Below, piece by piece: positions 39,306 to 47,254 of a stretch of 49,909 bases of DNA. The notes under the pieces were generated by a model that was not told where the DNA came from, did not search any database, and saw only the letters and a program-made list of their open reading frames with translations. The position numbers and the translations under genes were made by a program. Position 1 is the stretch's first letter. Each line of letters begins with the position of its first letter. Source of the DNA: Promethearchaeia archaeon (GTDB taxonomy: Archaea; Asgardarchaeota; Lokiarchaeia; Sigyniarchaeales; SOKP01); NCBI GenBank assembly GCA_029856125.1, contig JAHQWJ010000027.1, positions 1-49,909 on the forward strand, read 5' to 3'.

Positions 39306-41024
39306 TTAATGCCAAATTGAGTTTAGCTCGTGAATCTCCATTTTAACTAGTTTTGTTTTTCCTCCTTCACTAGAAGCTAAAATATCACCTTTCCCTAAGA
39401 TGATAGGTGTAGCGTATGATACTAAATAGTTAAATTTGTATGGATAGAGCTCAAGAAGCTCTGAGATACTAAATTCTGTGCCCCATTTTGAAAGGTCCTC
39501 AGATACATCCGAGATACTGATATGTGAACGGACGGGCATGTAAATTTGGCCATTATTGGCGAAAATTTCTAATGTAGTGCGATCAACGAGAATTCTGAAT
39601 TTTATTTTGCCTTTTATTGGTTTCAATGACGCATAACGCTTTTGACAATAGAGCTTTTGTTCCTTGATTTCATACATAATCGGGATATTATTAATAATGA
39701 GCCCAAATCTTTCGGCACTCCCGATTTCAAACTCAGCTGTGATATCAAATAAACTATCTTCATGCTTTTCTTCCATAAATGAATGCTGACCTTCTTCGAT
39801 AAGCCTATTTTGATAAACCCAGCTCCTGCCGTAAATTTTCTTAATCTCATTTATCGGCTGAGCAAACATTAGCAGTCCCTCTTCCGTAGATCTTAGTGTA
39901 AGTTCAACGGGAAAGAGCATCTGTTGGTTAAAAGCCATGTTTGGCATGGGAGATCCCCCCCATGCTATTTGAATACGTCGGCCATCTTCTTCGGGAATAT
40001 TGTTAAAAGTCTGTGATGCATAGAAACCATTGCCATAGTTGAAACTAATCCCTTTGGTCTCGGGTATGAATTTTTTCCCATCAAATTGGCCAATATCATA
40101 CCGACCATTGCCGGCATATAGAATCCATTTCTTATTCTTCTCATTACCATCGATTGCTAATTGGAATAGTTCTGGGCATTCATGAAGTCCTTCGCGTTTG
40201 TATTTACTTTCAAGTTGCCAAGATTTAAGGTCTTTTGACGTGAAAAAACCCATTTCGTCCTTATCTAAATACAAAACGATTACCCATTGATTATTTGGTG
40301 CATACCAGATAACTTTCGGATCACGATTAGAAAGTCTGATGTGTTTCTGGACGGGATTGCCGTTGTATTTAAGGAAGGTTCTACCCTTGTCATTGCTAAA
40401 CGCAATTGACTGGGTAAAAGACTTGCCTTTAGACCATGGAGAGTTACCACCAGCGGAAGTATATATACACACTATTGGTTTTTCATCGCCAGTTTGAAAA
40501 CTCGTAGTATTAAGCTTATCAACAACTGCTGAACCAGAATATATTCCACCTAGGTTATCTGGATGAATAGCATCGCTCAATTCTTCCCAATGGATCAAGT
40601 CTTTGCTTATTGCATGACCCCAAGCTTTATTAGCATCGGAGCCATAACTCCATCCGAAGGGATTATGCTGGTAAAACATGTGATATTCACCGTCATGATA
40701 GACCAGACCATTAGGGTCGTTGTTCCATCCTCGACGCGTTGAAAAATGGAACTGAGGTCTTAGGTGCTCTTTGTAGAGGTTTTCTTCTCCAGGATACGAG
40801 TCGGCCTGATAAATTTTATCGAACGCTTCGTTTTCCTTTTTGATTTGGAAAGTTGCTTTTTTACTTTTAAATTCAGAAACATCAAGAAAAACCCAAAAGT
40901 CAGGCTCGCCTATCGCCAGTGAAATTTTGAACTCACGTACAATTTTACCATCAATAATGAAGTGTATCAAACTTTCTTTTGTTCCCTGTTTGACGGGAAA
41001 ATTCAGATATTGTTTTTCAATCAT
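39306..41024 (-). CDS. Glycoside hydrolase family 32 (levanase/beta-fructofuranosidase-like), no signal peptide
   Basis: WNNDPNG, WGHA, YSGS, RDP and ECP catalytic motifs. Confidence 0.93.
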   Translation of the reverse strand: MIEKQYLNFPVKQGTKESLIHFIIDGKIVREFKISLAIGEPDFWVFLDVSEFKSKKATFQIKKENEAFDKIYQADSYPGEENLYKEHLRPQFHFSTRRGWNNDPNGLVYHDGEYHMFYQHNPFGWSYGSDANKAWGHAISKDLIHWEELSDAIHPDNLGGIYSGSAVVDKLNTTSFQTGDEKPIVCIYTSAGGNSPWSKGKSFTQSIAFSNDKGRTFLKYNGNPVQKHIRLSNRDPKVIWYAPNNQWVIVLYLDKDEMGFFTSKDLKSWQLESKYKREGLHECPELFQLAIDGNEKNKKWILYAGNGRYDIGQFDGKKFIPETKGISFNYGNGFYASQTFNNIPEEDGRRIQIAWGGSPMPNMAFNQQMLFPVELTLRSTEEGLLMFAQPINEIKKIYGRSWVYQNRLIEEGQHSFMEEKHEDSLFDITAEFEIGSAERFGLIINNIPIMYEIKEQKLYCQKRYASLKPIKGKIKFRILVDRTTLEIFANNGQIYMPVRSHISISDVSEDLSKWGTEFSISELLELYPYKFNYLVSYATPIILGKGDILASSEGGKTKLVKMEIHELNSIWH

Positions 41025-41226
41025 AAACTCTCGAAAAATAATTTATCACTTTTTAGTATGTAATTTTTAGTTTATTTTGGTGAAAAATTCATTCACATAA
41101 TTCAAAAAATTCACAATTCTTAAAAATTTATTGCGACAGTATTTTAAAAATTCGATTCACTATAGAACTACATTATACTAATCAATTCCAGTAATGAAGA
41201 AATCAATGTCAAAACTCCAAAAATTT

Positions 41227-42666
41227 TCAAATTGAGAAAGAATAGAGTATTGCATTTCTTAAATAGAATTTAAACTTAACTTCAGTATTTAAACTGATTG
41301 AATTTGGGTCTTTCATCGTGATTTTTAGTTTTTCATCCATGCAAGTTTTCTCAATTACACCATTTCCCAATATGTTATTATTTTCATTTAGAACAGTAAC
41401 CTTAACATACCCTCCATCATCTATGTCAGCAGAAAGTCCTAAATCATCACCATTCCATGGAAGGGGTACTGTAATAATGCTGGATTCCAACGCATCGTCT
41501 ATGGATTTATAGCCAGCAAATCCATCTGGTCGTAATGTAGCTAAACAAAAATATCCCTTTCTCCAATCTGTGTGAGGTCCATCACTTCCGGAATAGTATA
41601 ACCGAATTTCATTATTTAAGATAATGGGAGATTTTGCGGCGTAGATACAACCCCAATCAATATCCCCTTTCGTTTCACTATTTGGGATTAATGCTGTCCC
41701 AGAACATATTCTATACCATTTAATTGTATCAGGACTCCAAGCTAATTCTGTTTGTACAGTATCTGTTTTTATGTTAAAAATCGCAGGTAGTCCGAGATAA
41801 ATCCCATAATATTCAAAAATTGGCATTGAGTAAATCTGTAAATGATTCTCATTTCCTTCAAAAATAGGTTCTGTAAATGTCCATGTTTTATAATCCAAAC
41901 TTTCACTTCGCCCAACAATTCGTATTACTATATTTTTTCCATTGTTATTCTTTGTTTGTTTCCACATTCGAGTAATTAGAACGTATTTTTCTATTGTTGG
42001 GGCCCAAATCGCATTATTATGAGTATCCCCATTCCATTTAATTCTTAGGTTTTTTGTTTCTTCACTTACTTCTTCAATATTTGGGCAAGCTTGAGGTCTT
42101 GACCATTTTAATCCATCATTTGAGGTACAAATAAACATATTTCTTTCATTATCATTCGCTAAGATCAATTTATATCTCTCATTGGATTCTTCTATAAAAT
42201 CATCTTTAAATATACCCGCACCATGATTATTCCTTAATACTATATTGTTTTCTTTACTATCATTGAATTCAACAATGTTTAAACTTGGTTTCTCCCAATT
42301 AATTCCATCTTTTGAGATTGCATAACAAATACCCATTTCTCGACTTTCTTTGCTACCATACTTGACACTCATTTTTTTTAATCTTTCGATATAACTCCCA
42401 GTTTTCTTCTTTTTGTTCTTTGTTTTACTCGTTGCATAATCAATAATAAAAGGGCTATACCAACATCGATAATATGCTTGATTATTTATTGTATCAAAAA
42501 TAATATTTGCGTATAAATTATCAAATCTGGGCTCCCAAAGTTTATCTTCGGTAAAAAGAGGATTATTTTTACTTTTAGTAACTTTCCCAAGTGTTAACTT
42601 ACAATTTTCTGAGTGTTTAATTACACGAGAATCTAATAATAGGTATTTTTTTGGAGTAATTTCCAT
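41227..42666 (-). CDS. Hypothetical beta-propeller protein, glycosidase-like
   Basis: Repeated Asp-box-like SxDGxxW motifs (SKDGINW, SNDGLKW, SLDYKTW, SPDTIKW) and LATLRPDGF. Confidence 0.65.
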   Translation of the reverse strand: MEITPKKYLLLDSRVIKHSENCKLTLGKVTKSKNNPLFTEDKLWEPRFDNLYANIIFDTINNQAYYRCWYSPFIIDYATSKTKNKKKKTGSYIERLKKMSVKYGSKESREMGICYAISKDGINWEKPSLNIVEFNDSKENNIVLRNNHGAGIFKDDFIEESNERYKLILANDNERNMFICTSNDGLKWSRPQACPNIEEVSEETKNLRIKWNGDTHNNAIWAPTIEKYVLITRMWKQTKNNNGKNIVIRIVGRSESLDYKTWTFTEPIFEGNENHLQIYSMPIFEYYGIYLGLPAIFNIKTDTVQTELAWSPDTIKWYRICSGTALIPNSETKGDIDWGCIYAAKSPIILNNEIRLYYSGSDGPHTDWRKGYFCLATLRPDGFAGYKSIDDALESSIITVPLPWNGDDLGLSADIDDGGYVKVTVLNENNNILGNGVIEKTCMDEKLKITMKDPNSISLNTEVKFKFYLRNAILYSFSI

Positions 42667-42729
42667 AGTATATTATTAATTTGTTGAGTATAAATAAAAA
42701 GAGTTGATTGATATTTAATTTATTTTCAA

Positions 42730-42954
42730 TTGTGCTACAACAAGGATTTTTTAGCCAAAATGGGGTACGGAACGGATGTGAGAATGGAATCCGCGTGGAA
42801 ATTTCTCGCACGACATAAAACGAAAGAAGGAAAATATATATGTGATTGGATTCGCAATAATAAATATTGGAAATTTGAAAAGCGTGGTTTTGCAAGTAAA
42901 TGGATTACGTTTTATGCTTATCTGTGCTTAAAGTATAAGGAAAAAGCACATTAA
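42730..42954 (+). pseudogene. C-terminal remnant of a prenyltransferase/squalene-cyclase-repeat-like protein
   Basis: LAKMGY..D.R...AW.FL..HK..EGKY...G.ASKWITFYA resembles the tail of a much longer family; no room for the 5' part. Confidence 0.5.
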
Positions 42955-42982
42955 CACTAAGATTAAAAATGGGGTAAAAAAT

Positions 42983-43075
42983 TAATTACCAGGTATTTGA
43001 TTTCCTTCAGGCTTTTGCAAACTGGAGAATATAATCTGATATCATTTGCTCATAAAACCAAGCGGATACAATTTT
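42983..43075 (-). pseudogene. Degenerate 3'-end remnant of a serine-hydrolase paralog
   Basis: Translates FYEQMISDYILQFAK, then after a 1-nt shift PEGNQIPG; compare YENLILNYIVPLAKP and YENLLVDYIVQFAED in the two intact paralogs. Confidence 0.7.
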
Positions 43076-43093
43076 ATAATAGACATATAGCCC

Positions 43094-44164
43094 TTAGGGC
43101 TTAGCTAATGGGACAATATAATTTAGTATTAGATTCTCATAACCCTCTTTGGGTATATTCCCACCCGCTGTAACGCCAACCGTAAGATTATATTCTGGCA
43201 TAACATAGATCATCTGTCCTCCAGATCCAGCCATAAAATATCCCTCAATAGGACTATTCATCATAAAAAATAAATACCCATAATCCATCGACTTTTCCCC
43301 TTTGGACATACTTATCCTGACTGTTGTTGCATCTCTTATATAATTTTTATCTACTATTTGTGTTCCATCCCAAGAACCATTGTTATAACATAATATTCCT
43401 AATTTCGCTTGAACCTTCGGTGAACAATGAAAAATATATGCACCATAATTAATACCTTTACTATCATGCGGCCAAAATGTTTCTTCATCCGCAATTCCTA
43501 GCGGGGTAAATAGATACTCTTTTGCGAATTCCTCAGTGCTTTTACCAGTTACCTTGGTAATTATACCTGATAAGAGATTAGGTCCATCATTACTGTATAC
43601 ATAATTTCCCGCTTCCCCAGGAACTGCCCCTAAGGGCACATCATTCAGCGCTAAGTTAATGCAATTATCAGGAGGATACTTAGCCTTAGGATGATTAGGT
43701 TCCCATTCGCCAATTAATCCGGAATTCATTGTTAATAGTTGTTCTATTGTTATATTCTTCTTTGATTCACTATCGCAAAAATTTGGATCCCAAATATCAG
43801 CAAAGAACTCATATAATGTCTGATTTAGGTTGTCTATGAAACCTTCTTTGAAAGCTATTCCAATCAAAATGCTTGTTAAACTTTTGGTCGCAGAAGCTTG
43901 ATCGTGGAATATATGGTTAGGTCCGGTATACGCTTTAGGAGGAAGAAGATCAGAATACGCTTTAGTATCAAGAGTTTGGGAATTATGCAGGTATTCTTCG
44001 GTTAACAGATATCCATTGCGTGCTATAATAACACTGTGGAGATCATATGAATTTTTTTTAATAAATTCAAACATCTCAGCTATTTTATCAGAATCTAAGC
44101 CCTGTTCTTCAGGAGTTACTTCTGTCCATTTACTTGATTTTGATGGCCAAAATTTATTTTTCAT
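43094..44164 (-). CDS. Serine hydrolase, beta-lactamase class C/NylB-like, cytoplasmic form
   Basis: SATK (SxxK), YSN, LFTPLGI, AGSGGQ; no signal peptide. Confidence 0.9.
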   Translation of the reverse strand: MKNKFWPSKSSKWTEVTPEEQGLDSDKIAEMFEFIKKNSYDLHSVIIARNGYLLTEEYLHNSQTLDTKAYSDLLPPKAYTGPNHIFHDQASATKSLTSILIGIAFKEGFIDNLNQTLYEFFADIWDPNFCDSESKKNITIEQLLTMNSGLIGEWEPNHPKAKYPPDNCINLALNDVPLGAVPGEAGNYVYSNDGPNLLSGIITKVTGKSTEEFAKEYLFTPLGIADEETFWPHDSKGINYGAYIFHCSPKVQAKLGILCYNNGSWDGTQIVDKNYIRDATTVRISMSKGEKSMDYGYLFFMMNSPIEGYFMAGSGGQMIYVMPEYNLTVGVTAGGNIPKEGYENLILNYIVPLAKP

Positions 44165-44405
44165 GATTAGATCAATTTTTTTAAAATTTATTGATTAAAA
44201 TAATCAAGAAATAAAAAATTTGCCTTACTTTTCTGTGAAATTGGAATAGAAAGGTAAATTCAGCGTCTAATTTCAATGAAAATTCCATAGAAATAAATCA
44301 GATCAATTCAAAGTTTAAATATTAATTCAATTTAAAGTTGAATATGTTGAGTAAAATAAATAGAGTTTATCTTTGTTTCATTTATAATCCATCGAGGGAG
44401 GAAAA

Positions 44406-45482
44406 ATGCCTGCGGTAAAATCGTTGGATGGCCCCGTTGCAGTAACTGGTGCTTCAGGTTATATCGGCTCCCATGTGGTAGTTGCGTTAATGAAACATGG
44501 ATACACCGTACATGCATGTATAACTGACTTAAACAATCCAGACAAGACTGAACACCTTCTAAAACTCAATCAGTGCGATTACTCTGGCCATTTAGAACTA
44601 TTCTCAGCCAATTTACTCGAAGAAGGCAGTTATGATATACCATTCACTGATTGTATTGCAATATTACATGCGGGCACACCTATGGGTTACGGCGGTGTCA
44701 ACAATCCTCGACAAATATACGATGGCGCGTTGAACGGTACCAAGAACGTCCTTAATTCAGTAAAGGAAGTAGGAACAGTAAAAAGGTTTATTTATACTAG
44801 TTCTTTTGCTGCCATTCATCATCCCATGCCATCAGGATATATCTTTACAGAGAAAGATTGGGCTACAGACAATCGTGATAATGACCCGAATTGGAGTCAT
44901 AATAGAATCGACGAGGATGGCGTGATGGCTTATAACATGGCTAAAGTTGAGACTGAACTCATGTGTTATGATTTTGCAGAAAAAGATGGGCGTTTTGATG
45001 TCAATTCTGCTTGTCCAATCTCTGTTCTTGGGCCAGTACTTAGCAAAGTACACAATAGTGTAGGTTCTTGGCAATGGTGTATTGGCCGTATGTTAACGGG
45101 AGTAACCTGCAAGCGTGCATGGAATGTTTTGTGGAATATCGTTGATGTTCGGGATGTCGGAGAATCACAGGTGCTCATGCTTGAGAGTAAAGTTAGTAAG
45201 AATAGATCGCGGTATCAATTATGTGCCGCAGACAAGTCGGGTGAAATAAATGTCTTACAACTTCAAGCCCACTTACAAAAGTTGTTCCCGGAAGTAAAAG
45301 TGGGCGGACCACCTAATGAGATCCACACAATCATCAATAAGTATGGCAACGTTTATCAGACACCGCTTGCTCATTGTGATAAAGCTCGCGAGGAACTTGG
45401 TTTAGAGACTCATTCTATTGATGATACTCTGCGTGAAACGGGGCAATCAATGATTGATCTCGGCCTGGTTAAACCAGCTTAA
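44406..45482 (+). CDS. Extended SDR, aldehyde reductase/dihydroflavonol-reductase-like
   Basis: VTGASGYIG, YTSS, YNMAK, VDVRDV; GGAGG SD. Confidence 0.9.
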   Translation: MPAVKSLDGPVAVTGASGYIGSHVVVALMKHGYTVHACITDLNNPDKTEHLLKLNQCDYSGHLELFSANLLEEGSYDIPFTDCIAILHAGTPMGYGGVNNPRQIYDGALNGTKNVLNSVKEVGTVKRFIYTSSFAAIHHPMPSGYIFTEKDWATDNRDNDPNWSHNRIDEDGVMAYNMAKVETELMCYDFAEKDGRFDVNSACPISVLGPVLSKVHNSVGSWQWCIGRMLTGVTCKRAWNVLWNIVDVRDVGESQVLMLESKVSKNRSRYQLCAADKSGEINVLQLQAHLQKLFPEVKVGGPPNEIHTIINKYGNVYQTPLAHCDKAREELGLETHSIDDTLRETGQSMIDLGLVKPA

Positions 45483-45525
45483 AAATAAGAATTAAAGATA
45501 AGTCAAATCTTATTTAATACTTAAA

Positions 45526-45637
45526 GGAAAACTGGATTCTTGTGATACCTTAGAATTTCTGCTGTTCTGCCCCCAACATAATCTTATCTTGAGCCTTGGC
45601 AGCTGTAGTTCACAAGGTAATACAAGAATCCTTTTCC
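45526..45637. repeat. ~112-nt long imperfect hairpin between convergent genes
   Basis: GGAAAACTGGATTCTTGTGATACCTTAGAATTTCTGCTGTT pairs with GGCAGCTGTAGTTCACAAGGTAATACAAGAATCCTTTTCC. Confidence 0.75.
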
Positions 45638-47121
45638 ACTAAAGTTTCTATTATATTCTTAATTGCTTTTTTTGAAACACCGCAATGATTAAGAAGGTAA
45701 TTTTTCACTCCCCTATATTCCTCATCGAGAACTCCGAGAGTAGATTCTATATAATAACTCTTAGTGTCTTTAAAGGAAAGTAAGTAATCTTCTATAATCA
45801 ACTTTCTACTCACGCCAAGCAAATCTAATAATAGAGCAATGACAATTCCCGTGCGATCTTTTCCACCTTCACAATGAATAATTAGTTTATTGACAGCTGC
45901 CTTCGAAAAATAATCTTCAAAAACAATTTTAATTTCTCTTTGGAAATCTGCAAGGAATCTATTGTAAAAATGTTCTGATGGGTTTTTAGGAGGAGGAAAG
46001 GTTGCGTTTGTCTCAATGGGGATGTTTTTCACGTAACCTTCTTTTATATCATAGTTATAATTGTTATTATGTTGATCAAGTCTCTTAAGTTCATTTTTCC
46101 CCCTCAAGTCTATAATGAATTTTATATCGTGATCATCTAAAAATTTCCTTACCAGCTCTTTGTCATTTTGTGATAATGAGGCTGTTCTATATATTAGACC
46201 TTCTTTTATCTTTATTGTATCTGAGAATTTATTCGGGAGTAAGGAAATATCTCGAAGATTTGAGAATTTAGGATATTTTAAATCAAATTTCTCAAAGAAT
46301 TTTTGAGTTCTCACCATTAATCCATTCTCTAAATTGAAATATTTTATTCCTTGTTCAATAACTTCAAGAAACAAGTGCTTTAATTTATCCTTCCGATCAA
46401 CAATATCTGATCTACTCATTCCTGTTGATGCTTGAACATATTTCCACACTAATTTATAATTATGATTATAAAAAACACTCATTAGAAATTCTCTTGGTTG
46501 ATATAAATTAAAATAATTTCCGTCAACCATTGATTGTAGTCTCACAAGGGTATGAAAAGCCATATTATAGTTATGATAGGTTCTATATGAATCACTTTCT
46601 CCGAAACTTGAAAGAAATTTTTCGTAATTCTCGATAAATTTATAGCTTTCTGAGAAAAATTGTTTCTTCAAGATATCAAAATCATCGAGTTTGACCCAGT
46701 TCTCGGAATAGATTTTTTTAACTCTACCGTTCTTATCGTACACAATAGCTTGCTCTGGGTTTGGGATTCTTGATTCTATGACATAAATAGTATCTTTTCT
46801 CGCTGCAGAAATACTTTTAATCCCTATCTCTAATTTAATAAATGAGTGTTCCGTGTAAACTAACCATTTATCATTAATTTCGAAATCGGTAAAAAGTCCT
46901 TCATCATCACTCCTCAGTATTCCAAGAATTTTCTCCTTTACTCTCAATACTGCATTATTTTTAGAAAATTCGTCGTAATAGATGAAAGTGTCCAAGTCTG
47001 AATAAAAATTGTTATTATTTCTACCATGACTCCCATAAAACACGATTCCTTCAATAAAATCTAATGTTTTTATTTCCTCTTTAATTTTACTCGCAATTCT
47101 ATCGATTATCGGATTAATTAT
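45610..47121 (-). CDS. Fusion of a Pol-beta-type nucleotidyltransferase domain and a tyrosine-phosphatase-family (MptpB/IphP-like) domain; true start is upstream of the ORF-track GTG at 47043
   Basis: IEGIVFYGSHGR-x6-SDLD NTase motif; NLRDI, IYRTA, IIDLR and IHCEGGKDRTG (CX5R); frame open 26 codons further, to 47121. Confidence 0.82.
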   Translation of the reverse strand: MINPIIDRIASKIKEEIKTLDFIEGIVFYGSHGRNNNNFYSDLDTFIYYDEFSKNNAVLRVKEKILGILRSDDEGLFTDFEINDKWLVYTEHSFIKLEIGIKSISAARKDTIYVIESRIPNPEQAIVYDKNGRVKKIYSENWVKLDDFDILKKQFFSESYKFIENYEKFLSSFGESDSYRTYHNYNMAFHTLVRLQSMVDGNYFNLYQPREFLMSVFYNHNYKLVWKYVQASTGMSRSDIVDRKDKLKHLFLEVIEQGIKYFNLENGLMVRTQKFFEKFDLKYPKFSNLRDISLLPNKFSDTIKIKEGLIYRTASLSQNDKELVRKFLDDHDIKFIIDLRGKNELKRLDQHNNNYNYDIKEGYVKNIPIETNATFPPPKNPSEHFYNRFLADFQREIKIVFEDYFSKAAVNKLIIHCEGGKDRTGIVIALLLDLLGVSRKLIIEDYLLSFKDTKSYYIESTLGVLDEEYRGVKNYLLNHCGVSKKAIKNIIETLVEKDSCITL

Positions 47122-47254
47122 TTAAACATCCCCACAAAAGTATATCTATTAAAAGTAACATGTACGGAAAATTATTCTTTTGTTTTATTTATTTTCCAAG
47201 ATTTTATCTTATTTTAGTGAAATTTAAGTGTTAGAAAAAAAAAGATAGATGTTA

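Noticed and set aside
45560-45615. SECIS-like look on the minus strand (GUGAA, 11 nt, AAG ... AGAA) at the TGA stop of the NTase-PTP gene, suggesting selenocysteine readthrough
   Set aside because: Only about 5 bp of the required upper stem pair, the UGA is the stop codon itself, and readthrough adds 19 residues with no recognisable motif
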